A stretch of DNA of 63,845 nucleotides, filler included, from Acidimicrobiia bacterium (GTDB lineage Bacteria > Actinomycetota > Acidimicrobiia > Spongiisociales > JAENVV01), in the NCBI GenBank assembly GCA_041577335.1. It is 4 parts of 4 records of this genome, joined end to end, with 100 filler letters (N's around TTAATTAATTAA, not from the genome) between each part and the next. Parts side by side here need not be neighbours in the genome. Positions count along the whole stretch, not along the records: positions 19,752 to 38,582 come from JBFGJH010000067.1; 3 more parts are not named here. The stretch is one strand, 5' to 3'. The notes under the pieces are model-generated. The model saw nothing but the letters and a program-made list of their open reading frames with translations, was not told the DNA's origin and ran no database searches. Of the stretch, positions 19,754 through 28,774 are shown piece after piece. The translations under genes and the position numbers were made by a program. Within the stretch, counting starts at the first letter, position 1. Each line of letters opens with the position of its first letter.

Positions 19754-21625
19754 CCGGAACCCGAGGCCGAGCAGGCGGAGGTTGCCACATCTCCTCCAAC
19801 CCAAGCGACCACGGCCGCCACTCCCGACGATACGGACGACCAAGAGCGGCGGGGGCCGATCACGATTCTGTCCGGGACGACACCCCAAGAAGTAGCGTCG
19901 TTGTTCCGACGCCATCCCAACGAAATCGTACGCACGTTGGTCCAGATGGGCGAGCTGGTCGGCCTCACCAGTCATATCTCGGACGATGCCCTCGTGCTGC
20001 TCGGTGATCAGCTCGGGTGGGATGTCACGATCGAAGCGGTCGAAGAAGTGGTCGAGGAAGAAACGCCGATCGGCCCCAAGCCCAAGCGTACCTACGATGA
20101 CGACCCTGCCTCGCTCGAGCTTCGTCCTCCCGTGATCACCGTGATGGGTCACGTCGATCACGGCAAAACAACCCTGCTCGACACGATTCGCAAGACCAAG
20201 GTGGTCGAAGGCGAGCACGGCGGCATCACGCAGCACATCGGGGCCTATCAGGTTGAGGTCAATGGCCACTTGCTGACCTTCCTGGACACTCCCGGTCACG
20301 AGGCATTCACGGCCCTCAGAGCCAGGGGAGCAGAAGTCACCGATATTGTCGTTCTGGTCGTTGCCGCCGACGATGGAATCATGCCCCAGACGGTCGAAGC
20401 GATCAGCCACTCGAAGGCGGCAGGAGTCCCCATCATCGTCGCCATCAACAAGATGGACCTTCCCGGGGCAGATCCTTATGCCATCAGGGCGCAGCTCACC
20501 GAGCACGAACTGGTGGTCGAAGAGCTCGGTGGCGAGGTAATCAGCGTCGAGCTGTCAGCCAAGAGTGGTGAAGGCGTGGACAACTTACTCGAGATGATCG
20601 ATCTGGTGTCCCAGGTCGAGGAGTTGAAGGGCAATCCGAATGCGAGGGCTTCCGGCGTCATCGTCGAGTCGCAACTCGATGTGGGCCGCGGCCCGGTTGC
20701 CACAGTCATTGTCCAAAGGGGCACGCTCAAACGTGGAGACGCACTGGTGGCAGGGCCTGTTTCGGGACGGGTGCGAGCGATGCTGGATCACAAAGGCGAC
20801 CAGGTGAAGACGGCTGGTCCTTCGACGCCAGTGCTGATCATGGGATGGGGCGACGTGCCAACCGCCGGTGATCCTTTCGATGTCCTCAAAGACGAGAAAG
20901 CGGCCCGGTCGCAGGCTTCCGCCAGGCTCGACGAGCTGAAGGCGGCCGAACTCGTCATTCCCACCGCTCGTGAGCGCCTCACCCAGCTGCTCGAACAGCT
21001 GCGAACTGCGGACGATGCCGAGTTGCGATTGATCCTCAAGGCCGACGCTCATGGCTCGCTCGAGGCCGTGCGGGAGTCGATCGCCAAGATCACCCGTGAG
21101 GGTGGGACGATTTCGATCCTGCACGGTGCCGTTGGAGGGATAAGCGAGAACGATGTCAGCCTTGCCGAGGTGACGGATGCCGTCATCTTCGGCTTCAACG
21201 TTCGGCCGGACAGCAAGGCCAGAAAGCTGGCTGAGCAGAAGGGCATCGAGATCCGGCCCTACCAGATCATCTATGAGCTGTTGGACGACATCGAGGCCCT
21301 GCTGGTCGGGCGTTTGGCGCCCGACGAGGTCGAAAGGGTGGTCGGTGTCGCCGAAGTTCGCGAGGTATTCAAGGTCCCGCGTGCGGGCAATATCGCCGGG
21401 TCGTTCATCACCGACGGGCAGATCCGGCGGGGTGCCAAGGTGCGCTTGCTGCGCGACGGGGTGGTCATCCACGATGGCGTTGTGGACTCGCTGCGCCGCT
21501 TCAAGGACGACGTCCGAGAAGTCAACAGCGGATTTGAATGTGGGATCGGCCTTGCCGGCTACAACGACGTCAAGGTCGGCGATGTCATCGAGGCGTATCA
21601 GATCCTCGAGGTCGCTCGGACGTAG
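19754..21625 (+). CDS. infB: Translation initiation factor IF-2 (5' truncated)
   Basis: [34 protein letters not shown]; frame open to the contig edge. Confidence 0.97.
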   Translation, partial: PEPEAEQAEVATSPPTQATTAATPDDTDDQERRGPITILSGTTPQEVASLFRRHPNEIVRTLVQMGELVGLTSHISDDALVLLGDQLGWDVTIEAVEEVVEEETPIGPKPKRTYDDDPASLELRPPVITVMGHVDHGKTTLLDTIRKTKVVEGEHGGITQHIGAYQVEVNGHLLTFLDTPGHEAFTALRARGAEVTDIVVLVVAADDGIMPQTVEAISHSKAAGVPIIVAINKMDLPGADPYAIRAQLTEHELVVEELGGEVISVELSAKSGEGVDNLLEMIDLVSQVEELKGNPNARASGVIVESQLDVGRGPVATVIVQRGTLKRGDALVAGPVSGRVRAMLDHKGDQVKTAGPSTPVLIMGWGDVPTAGDPFDVLKDEKAARSQASARLDELKAAELVIPTARERLTQLLEQLRTADDAELRLILKADAHGSLEAVRESIAKITREGGTISILHGAVGGISENDVSLAEVTDAVIFGFNVRPDSKARKLAEQKGIEIRPYQIIYELLDDIEALLVGRLAPDEVERVVGVAEVREVFKVPRAGNIAGSFITDGQIRRGAKVRLLRDGVVIHDGVVDSLRRFKDDVREVNSGFECGIGLAGYNDVKVGDVIEAYQILEVART

Positions 21626-21651
21626 ACAACCGAACCGGGAGCGCTGGTTAC

Positions 21652-21942
21652 GTGCACGCAGCAGCAGTCAAGGTGGAGGTGCTGATCCCAGGCTCGCAGT
21701 CGTTGAAGGACAAGCGCAAGGTGCTCACATCGACGATCCGCAAGGTGCGCGACGCGTATCCCGTCGCTGTGGCCGAGGTCGATCATCAGGACAACTGGCA
21801 GAGAGCGACTCTCGCGATCGGGGTCGTGGCTGGTGAGCGCTTCATGCTGGACGAATCGATCCAGGCCGTGTTGCGAATGCTCGATCGCCGTACGGACCTC
21901 GAGGTGGTAACGAGCGAAACGTCGTACCTGGAGGTGTCGTGA
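21652..21942 (+). CDS. DUF503 (YlxP) family protein
   Basis: SLKDKRKV and VAEVDHQDNWQR; conserved infB-rbfA position. Confidence 0.88.
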   Translation: MHAAAVKVEVLIPGSQSLKDKRKVLTSTIRKVRDAYPVAVAEVDHQDNWQRATLAIGVVAGERFMLDESIQAVLRMLDRRTDLEVVTSETSYLEVS

Positions 21943-21976
21943 TGGATGTCCGTGGGCGTGTCGACCGAAGGGGCTC

Positions 21977-22330
21977 ATGGCGATGAGCGATCGAATGCGG
22001 AGGGTCAACTCCGTGCTGCGCGAGACCATCGCCGAGGAGGTCGAAGAGCTCAAGGATCCCCGACTCGGGTTTGTGACGATCACGGGAGTGGATACTGCCC
22101 CCAACCTCCGGCACGCCACCGTCTACTACTCGGTCATCGGCACGCCCGACGAGGAGGCTTCGTCGCAGGCGGCCCTCGATGCGGCAGCGCCACGGGTCAG
22201 CCGTGCCGTGGGCAGCCAGGTTCGGATGAAGTACACCCCCACATTGACGTTCCGCGTCGACGAAAGCATCGAGCGGGGTGCTCGCATCGACCGACTCCTT
22301 CGCCAGATCGACGAGGGTCAGACCGAGTGA
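21977..22330 (+). CDS. rbfA: Ribosome-binding factor A
   Basis: KDPRLGFVTIT and KYTPTLTF. Confidence 0.95.
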   Translation: MAMSDRMRRVNSVLRETIAEEVEELKDPRLGFVTITGVDTAPNLRHATVYYSVIGTPDEEASSQAALDAAAPRVSRAVGSQVRMKYTPTLTFRVDESIERGARIDRLLRQIDEGQTE

Positions 22331-23205
22331 TCGACCGAGGGTTCCTGCTCATCGACAAGGCGAATGGATGGACGTCCCATGACGTCGTCGCCAAGGCTCG
22401 CCGTATCACCGGCATTCGCAAGATCGGACACGCCGGGACCCTCGATCCCATGGCAACCGGCCTCGTCGTCCTGGGAATCGGTCGTGCCACCAAGCTCTTG
22501 CGTTTCGTGCAGGACCTCCCCAAGGAATACGTGGCGAAGGCTCTCTTTGGGGTGGCGACGGATTCGCTTGACGCAGATGGTGCGGAGATATCTCGAGTCG
22601 CCATGCCGATCACCCGCTTTGATCTCGAAGCGGTGATGCCTCAGTTCGTCGGCCCGATCATGCAAGTTCCGCCGATGGTCTCGGCCCTGAAGCAGGGTGG
22701 GCGCCGCCTACACGAGCTCGCCCGCCAAGGCGTCGAGGTAGAGCGGCCTCCACGGCCGGTGGTCATTCACAGCATGGACCTCGTCGACTTCGTCGATGGA
22801 GAACATCCTGAGGCTGTGTTTCGGATCCGGTGCGGCAAAGGCACGTACGTCCGTTCGCTCGTCGATGACATGGCGCAAGCACTCGGAGGTCGTGCCCATC
22901 TCACCGCTCTGCGCCGGCTCCGTAATGGGTCCCATTCCGTCGAGGACGCCGTGACGGTGGATGAGCTCGAGCGAGCCGGAGATGACTGGGCCAATCACGC
23001 CCTGACACCGGCCGACGCTTTGGTGGACTTGCCCGCCATCGAGCTGACGGAGAGCGAGGTGGCTGCCGTTTCCAATGGGGTACGCCTGGCCCGCCCCGAT
23101 GGGACCGACGAGGGCGCCATGTATCGGATGTTGAGTGGGGGCCGACTCGTTGCGGTCTACCGTGTCGCACCGACGGAGCTGGTGTCAGAGGTGGGACTGT
23201 CGTGA
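22327..23205 (+). CDS. truB: tRNA pseudouridine(55) synthase
   Basis: DK..GWTSHD, GHAGTLDP, GTYVRSL; GTG 22327 overlaps the rbfA stop. Confidence 0.96.
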   Translation: MIDRGFLLIDKANGWTSHDVVAKARRITGIRKIGHAGTLDPMATGLVVLGIGRATKLLRFVQDLPKEYVAKALFGVATDSLDADGAEISRVAMPITRFDLEAVMPQFVGPIMQVPPMVSALKQGGRRLHELARQGVEVERPPRPVVIHSMDLVDFVDGEHPEAVFRIRCGKGTYVRSLVDDMAQALGGRAHLTALRRLRNGSHSVEDAVTVDELERAGDDWANHALTPADALVDLPAIELTESEVAAVSNGVRLARPDGTDEGAMYRMLSGGRLVAVYRVAPTELVSEVGLS

Positions 23206-24140
23206 AGGTTCTCGTCGGCGATCCTCTCGATTGGAATGCGACGTCCGATGCGGGTTCTGCGGTGTCGATCGGTGTGTTCGACGGTGTGCACCGTGGCCAT
23301 CAGGAGGTGCTGGCCGACCTGGGCGTCCAAGCGAGCGCTCGCGGTGGGCTGCAACGAGCGGTTCTGACGTTCGATCCCCATCCGCTTGCCATCCTCACGC
23401 CTGGCCATGAGCCGCCGCTGATCGGTTCTCTGTCGCAGCGACTCGCCTGGCTCGCTGCTGAAGGCGTCGATCTGGTCGGTGTTTTGCCTTTCGAGCAGAT
23501 ACGGGTCATGGAGGCCGGCGATTTCGTCGAACAGATCCTCGTGAAGAGCCTCAGCACTCGGGTGGTCGTCGTCGGTATGGACTTCCGCTACGGAAGAGGA
23601 AGAGATGGCACCATCGAGACGCTCGCCGACGCAGGGTCGCGCCTCGGGTTTGCGGTGGACGCGGTACCGCTCCTCACAGAGCACGACGGAGCGCTCTCAT
23701 CATCCAACGTTCGTATTCTCGTCCAGCAGGGCGAGGTGGAAGCAGCGGCTGAGGTCTTGGCACGACCGTTCGCGGTGCGAGGCGAGGTCGTCAAAGGGGA
23801 CAGCCGCGGTCGGGCCATCGGCTTTCCTACGGCGAATCTCAGGTTCGGAGGCGAGGTATTGGTTCCCAGGCACGGTGTGTATGCCACGCTGGCCGAAGTC
23901 GACGGAGAGACGTATCCGTCCGTGACCAATGTCGGCGTTCGGCCGACCTTCGACGGCCAGGTCGAGACAGTGGAAACGCATCTGCTCGACGTGGATCTCG
24001 ACCTGTACGGAAAGACGATTGATGTGCATTTCATCTCGTCGATCCGTCCCGAGCAGAAGTTCGACGGTGTCGAGGCCCTCGTGACCCAAATCACAGCCGA
24101 CGTGCGACAAGCTCGCCTCGAGCTCACATCGCCGGAGTGA
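23202..24140 (+). CDS. ribF: Bifunctional riboflavin kinase/FAD synthetase
   Basis: FDGVHRGH, GFPTAN, NVGVRPTF, ETHLLD. Confidence 0.96.
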   Translation: MKVLVGDPLDWNATSDAGSAVSIGVFDGVHRGHQEVLADLGVQASARGGLQRAVLTFDPHPLAILTPGHEPPLIGSLSQRLAWLAAEGVDLVGVLPFEQIRVMEAGDFVEQILVKSLSTRVVVVGMDFRYGRGRDGTIETLADAGSRLGFAVDAVPLLTEHDGALSSSNVRILVQQGEVEAAAEVLARPFAVRGEVVKGDSRGRAIGFPTANLRFGGEVLVPRHGVYATLAEVDGETYPSVTNVGVRPTFDGQVETVETHLLDVDLDLYGKTIDVHFISSIRPEQKFDGVEALVTQITADVRQARLELTSPE

Positions 24141-24209
24141 CGTCACATCCGGCGGCGCGCTGCGCGTTCCGTCCCGGATTGCTCGCCGAGCCCTCGCTAA
24201 CCTCGCTAC

Positions 24210-24590
24210 ATGAGAAGGCATGCACACTCAGGATCGCCATTTGAGGAGAAATACGGCTTCAGCCGCGCGGTGAGGTCCGGCGACTCGGTACACATCGCCG
24301 GCACAGCTCCGATCCCACAACAGGTGGGCGAAGCGGCCCCCGAGTCCGCATACGAGCAGATGCTTCTCTGTGGCCGAATTGCGCTCGCTTCGCTCGAAGA
24401 GCTGGGTGGACATCTTCGGCATGTCATTCGCACTCGCGTGTTCATCGTTGATGCGGCCGACCAGGAAGAGATCGGCAAAGCACACGGCGAGTTGTTTGGT
24501 GAGGCTGCCCCGGCGGCGACGATGGTGGTTACCGGACTCCTCGACCCATCATGGAAGGTCGAACTCGAGGTTGAAGCTCTCATCGACTGA
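24210..24590 (+). CDS. RidA/YjgF family protein
   Basis: GFSRAVR, VIRTRVF, KVELEVEA; PAAT replaces the PAR motif. Confidence 0.88.
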   Translation: MRRHAHSGSPFEEKYGFSRAVRSGDSVHIAGTAPIPQQVGEAAPESAYEQMLLCGRIALASLEELGGHLRHVIRTRVFIVDAADQEEIGKAHGELFGEAAPAATMVVTGLLDPSWKVELEVEALID

Positions 24591-25272
24591 GCTCGTCGCT
24601 CTGGAACGGGCCGGGATGCGTATGTTCAACCCAATCGCCCGTCGTGACGCCGGCGACTGGTCTGCCATCGTCTCGGAGGTGCCCAACCGACGGGCGAATG
24701 CGATCTACCCTCTCGGGCCCGTGCCCCAGCGGTTCGACTCGCTGGTCAGCCTCTATGCGCTGCACGGCCGGCCGGTCCGATGTAAGGCCCCCGACTGGGT
24801 TGGCTCGGCCACCGAGGATGCAATGCGGTTGCTTGGTCTTCGCCGGGTCTACGGGGCACATGTGTTGGCGGCTCCGCTCACCCCTGCCCACCGGGTGAGC
24901 GAAGCGGATGTGGTCGTGATCACAGCCTCGATCGACGCCGACTGGTTGGCAGTCAACAGCGCCTTCCCGGCGGTGGCCAGAGGTGCGTATGGCGCGGCCG
25001 GCACGACGACCGTAGCGGCGCGCATCGGGTCCGCGGCGGTTGGCCTCATGGTGGTCGCCGACGGCTGGGCCGGGATCGGTGGGATGTACACAATCCCGCC
25101 GAAACGCCGTCAGGGCTTGGCGAGGCAGGTTGTCGCCAGTCTGCTCTCCGAGGCAGCAGCGATGGGCGTTGACCGAGCGTTCCTCCAGATCGTGAAGTCG
25201 AACGAGCCGGCGATGCGGTTGTATGGCTCGTACGGTTTCGAAGTCGTCTCGTCATACTCGTATTGGGAGTAG
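24571..25272 (+). CDS. GNAT family acetyltransferase
   Basis: RRQGLA, LQIVKSNEPA..LY..YGF; start uncertain (TTG 24571 or ATG 24616). Confidence 0.8.
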   Translation: MKLSSTELVALERAGMRMFNPIARRDAGDWSAIVSEVPNRRANAIYPLGPVPQRFDSLVSLYALHGRPVRCKAPDWVGSATEDAMRLLGLRRVYGAHVLAAPLTPAHRVSEADVVVITASIDADWLAVNSAFPAVARGAYGAAGTTTVAARIGSAAVGLMVVADGWAGIGGMYTIPPKRRQGLARQVVASLLSEAAAMGVDRAFLQIVKSNEPAMRLYGSYGFEVVSSYSYWE

Positions 25273-25337
25273 CGATTACGACTTCGTTTCGGTTTCTGGT
25301 TGAATGATCACGGCGCAGGAGGTGTTACACTCGTCCT

Positions 25338-25438
25338 CGTCCCCCCACGCATCGCTCAGCCCACTGCATCAGCACGGCCCCGAGCACTGCCCAGCGGGGG
25401 TAATACCGCTCGCAAGACTTGCCGACAAGCACGGATCC
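25338..25438 (+). promoter_or_regulatory. Putative structured rpsO (S15) leader
   Basis: TACACT -10 at 25326-25331 implies a ~100-nt UTR. Pairings CGGC/GCCG (25375/25421) and CGAGC/GCTCG (25381/25408). Confidence 0.45.
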
Positions 25439-25696
25439 ATGAAAACCACGCAAGAAATCATTTCTGAATATGGCCAGCACGACTCGGACACCGGTTCGCC
25501 GGAGGTTCAGGTTGCGCTGCTCACTGAGCGCATCAAGCACCTCACCGAGCACATGAAAGAGCACAAGCACGACTTTCACAGTCAGCGCGGATTGCTCATG
25601 CTGGTGGGTAAACGACGCCGACTGCTCAACTATTTGAAGCGGCAGGACGTCGAGCGTTACCGCAGCTTGATCGCAGCGCTCGGCCTTCGCAGGTAG
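25439..25696 (+). CDS. rpsO: 30S ribosomal protein S15
   Basis: [29 protein letters not shown]. Confidence 0.98.
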   Translation: MKTTQEIISEYGQHDSDTGSPEVQVALLTERIKHLTEHMKEHKHDFHSQRGLLMLVGKRRRLLNYLKRQDVERYRSLIAALGLRR

Positions 25697-25701
25697 AGAT
25701 T

Positions 25702-25730
25702 CGAAAGAGCGGCCATAGGCCGCTCTTTCG
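25702..25730 (+). terminator. Hairpin terminator/processing stem after rpsO
   Basis: Perfect 13-bp inverted repeat CGAAAGAGCGGCC-ATA-GGCCGCTCTTTCG. Confidence 0.75.
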
Positions 25731-25830
25731 CTGTTCGACGATGTCGAACAACCCTTTTGCCCACAACTAGCAAAAGGTCAGCTCCGGCTTTGACCGGGAT
25801 CATCTCGAAGACGTGAGGAAAGAAGTTCAG

Positions 25831-25877
25831 TTGACAGTGGTGAACGCTCCCCAAACGGAGCCCTCACCACTGCCAAT
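25831..25877 (+). promoter_or_regulatory. pnp leader stem-loop (candidate RNase III site)
   Basis: CAGTGGTGA (25835-43) pairs with TCACCACTG (25864-72), with an inner GCTCC/GGAGC stem. Confidence 0.45.
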
Positions 25878-25911
25878 TGGCCGCTCTCCTCACATGAACA
25901 AAGGAGAAAAC

Positions 25912-28506
25912 GTGCCCGAATATACGGTACGTGGCGCCATCGGTGGCAAGGAAGTCACCATGAGTGCCGGCAAGTTGGCCCTTCAGGCCAACGGCGCAGT
26001 AAAAATCACACTCGGGGGTGTGGAGGTCCTTGTGACCGCCACCGCATCCAAGAAGATGCGCGAAGGAGTCGACTTCTTCCCCCTTACGGTTGATATCGAA
26101 GAGCGGATGTATGCCGCGGGTCGGATCCCGGGATCCTTCTTTCGTCGCGAAGGCCGGGCGACCGAACAGGCAGTCTTGACCTGTCGCCTCATCGACCGAC
26201 CGCTTCGCCCTTCGTTCAAAGAGGGGTTCCGGTGCGAAACACACATTGTTGGCACCGTCCTTTCGATTGACGAAGACCACGAATATGACATTCTGGCTCT
26301 CAACGCAGCTTCGGCAGCACTGACCATCAGCAATATCCCGTTCGAGGGCCCGATCGGGGCCATTCGCCTCGCGCTCAAGGACGGCGAATGGGTGCCCCTG
26401 CCCACGCACGATGACCTGGACGAATCCGTGTTCGAGCTCACCGTTGCCGGACATCGAAACGACAACGGCGAGATCGATATCACGATGGTCGAGGCGGGCG
26501 CAATGCCGGACGGCCTGCGTCTGATCCAGGACGGTGCCCAGCCGTCCGACGAAGAGACGGTCGCCCGCGGCCTCGAAGAAGCCAAGCAGTACATCGCCGA
26601 GTCCATCGACATGCAGAACGAGTTGGCGTCTCAAATCCAGGTTGAGCCGTTCGACTACCCGCTCGCAGTTGATTACACCGACGAGGTGTTCAATCGAGTC
26701 CGCGAGCTGGCCGCGCCGAAGCTCGAGTCAGTGATCACCATCGCAGGCAAGTCCGAGCGCAGCGCCGCTCAGGACGCAGCTCAAGAAGAGGTGCTGGCGG
26801 CATTCGAGGACACAACGGACGACGAGGCCGCCATGGCCAAACGAGCATTCAAGGCCGTCGCCAAGCAGATGATGCGTGCTCGGGTAGCCAACGATGGCAT
26901 CCGTCTCGACGGTCGTGGTGTCACCGACCTCCGTGATCTCGAAGCCGAGGTAGGCGTTGTTGCTCGTGCTCACGGATCCGGCCTGTTTCGTCGAGGTGAG
27001 ACCCAGGTGCTCAATGTTTCCACGTTGGGCATGCTCAAGATGGAGCAGATGCTCGACACGCTTTCGATCGAAACGTCGAAGCGCTTCATGCACCACTACA
27101 ACTTCCCGCCTTTCTCCACCGGAGAGACCGGGTTCATGCGTGGGCCCAAGCGACGGGAAATCGGCCACGGCGCTCTCGCTGAGCGAGCGGTGCACCCGAT
27201 CATCCCGACGGCTGAGGAGTTTCCCTACGCCTATCGACTGGTCTCTGAGGTGTTGTCGTCGAACGGATCTTCCTCGATGGCATCCGTCTGCGGGTCGGCG
27301 CTTTCGTTGATGGACGCCGGCGTGCCGATCATCGCCCCGGTGGCGGGGATCGCCATGGGCCTCATCTATCTCGACGGCAAGTACATCACACTCACCGACA
27401 TTCTCGGTGCGGAGGATGCACTCGGCGACATGGACTTCAAGGTCGCAGGAACCGCCGACGTGATCACGGCCCTGCAACTCGATACCAAAATCGAGGGCTT
27501 GCCCGCAGATGTGCTCACAGGCGCCCTCTCGCAGGCGAAGGATGCTCGTTTGGCCGTTCTGGCCGCCATGAAGGAGGCGATCGATGGACCCCGTCCGGAG
27601 CTCAATCCGAATGCCCCTCGTATCGAGGCCATTCGCATCCCCAAGGACAAGATCGGTGAGGTCATCGGCCCGAAGGGTAAGACCATTCGCGAGCTCGAGG
27701 AAGAAACGGGCGCGACGATCGAGATCGAAGAAGAAGGCGCGTTCGGCATCGTACGAGTCGGCGCAGCGGACGGCGACAGCCTGCAGGCCGCGAAGTCTCG
27801 CATCGAGCTGATCGCCAACCCACCTGAGCCGGAAATGGGCGAGACCTATGAGGGTCAGGTCGTGAACATCACCACGTTTGGTGCGTTCATCAACATCCTG
27901 CCCGGTCGAGACGGACTGCTCCATATCTCGAAGATCGACACCGAGCGGCGTGTCGAGAACGTCGAGGACTACCTCACGTTGGGTGACTCCGTGAAAGTGA
28001 TCGTCCGCGAGATCGACCGCAATGGCAAGGTGAGCTTGGAGCTCGCTGAACCGATCGAACCCTCCGAGGAGGTCAAGAACCGACCGCCCAGGGAGAGGAG
28101 CGACCGCGGTGGACGCGACCGCCCCCGTGATGGTGGCGATAGCCGCGATCGTGGTGGACGCGACCGCAACCGTGATGGTGGCGACAGCCGCGATCGTGGT
28201 GGACGCGACCGCAACCGGGGCAGCCGCAGTGACAGTGGTAGCCGCAGTGACAGTGGCAGCCGTGATAGCGGCAGCCGCAGTGACAGTGGTAACCGGAGCG
28301 ACAGCGGTAACCGGAGTGACAGTGGTAACCGGAGCGACAGCGGCAACCGCAGTAGCAGTGGTAGCCGCAGTGACGGAGGCAGCAGCCGCAATCGTGATCG
28401 TGATCGCGACAGTGAGCGCAATCAGCGCGACGGCGGCGGCGACGCCGGCGATAGCCCGAAGAGGAAGATCGTCAGCTTCGAAGAAGAATTCGAAGGCGGG
28501 TTGTAG
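25912..28506 (+). CDS. pnp: Polyribonucleotide nucleotidyltransferase with long low-complexity C-terminal tail
   Basis: DFFPLTVD, RREIGHG, SNGSSSMAS, GDMDFKVAGT, KH (IGPKG) and S1 (GLLHISK) domains; AAGGAG before GTG 25912. Confidence 0.97.
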   Translation: MPEYTVRGAIGGKEVTMSAGKLALQANGAVKITLGGVEVLVTATASKKMREGVDFFPLTVDIEERMYAAGRIPGSFFRREGRATEQAVLTCRLIDRPLRPSFKEGFRCETHIVGTVLSIDEDHEYDILALNAASAALTISNIPFEGPIGAIRLALKDGEWVPLPTHDDLDESVFELTVAGHRNDNGEIDITMVEAGAMPDGLRLIQDGAQPSDEETVARGLEEAKQYIAESIDMQNELASQIQVEPFDYPLAVDYTDEVFNRVRELAAPKLESVITIAGKSERSAAQDAAQEEVLAAFEDTTDDEAAMAKRAFKAVAKQMMRARVANDGIRLDGRGVTDLRDLEAEVGVVARAHGSGLFRRGETQVLNVSTLGMLKMEQMLDTLSIETSKRFMHHYNFPPFSTGETGFMRGPKRREIGHGALAERAVHPIIPTAEEFPYAYRLVSEVLSSNGSSSMASVCGSALSLMDAGVPIIAPVAGIAMGLIYLDGKYITLTDILGAEDALGDMDFKVAGTADVITALQLDTKIEGLPADVLTGALSQAKDARLAVLAAMKEAIDGPRPELNPNAPRIEAIRIPKDKIGEVIGPKGKTIRELEEETGATIEIEEEGAFGIVRVGAADGDSLQAAKSRIELIANPPEPEMGETYEGQVVNITTFGAFINILPGRDGLLHISKIDTERRVENVEDYLTLGDSVKVIVREIDRNGKVSLELAEPIEPSEEVKNRPPRERSDRGGRDRPRDGGDSRDRGGRDRNRDGGDSRDRGGRDRNRGSRSDSGSRSDSGSRDSGSRSDSGNRSDSGNRSDSGNRSDSGNRSSSGSRSDGGSSRNRDRDRDSERNQRDGGGDAGDSPKRKIVSFEEEFEGGL
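28105..28380 (+). repeat. Intragenic tandem repeats in the pnp tail
   Basis: About 2.5 x 45-bp units (RGGRDRxRDGGDSRD) at 28105-28217, then about 9 x 18-bp units ((S/N)RSDSG) at 28222-28380. Confidence 0.9.
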
Positions 28507-28507
28507 G

Positions 28508-28749
28508 TCGGCGCAAGCAGGCTTGCGCCGAGTTGATCGAGCGGCCCTTCGGCCGCGCTCATAGTGGCCTTCACGGCGCGCAAGTCGCCGTGAAGGCATA
28601 ACGAGGGGGTGGCGGGAGCCACCCCCTCGAGCTCCCCCGGGAGCGCAGCGCCATTCGAAATAGTCCCCCCAACTGCGTTGGGGGGAAGGTACCGCCGCCC
28701 GGAGGGCGGGGGTAGGGGGCGAGGTCGAGAGCTTGCCGGGCGGCCAGCT
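28508..28749. repeat. Cluster of consecutive GC-rich hairpins (REP-like or structured RNA)
   Basis: Inverted repeats at 28508-28531, 28539-28560, 28567-28597, 28602-28629, 28631-28644, 28664-28686, 28690-28714 and 28730-28749. Confidence 0.6.
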
Positions 28750-28774
28750 TCGCAATCCTCGTATCCTTGCGCTT

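Noticed and set aside
24210..25272. Rid-GNAT pair as a toxin-antitoxin module
   Set aside because: The upstream gene is a Rid-fold protein, not an RHH antitoxin, and the GNAT is longer than AtaT/TacT-type toxins.
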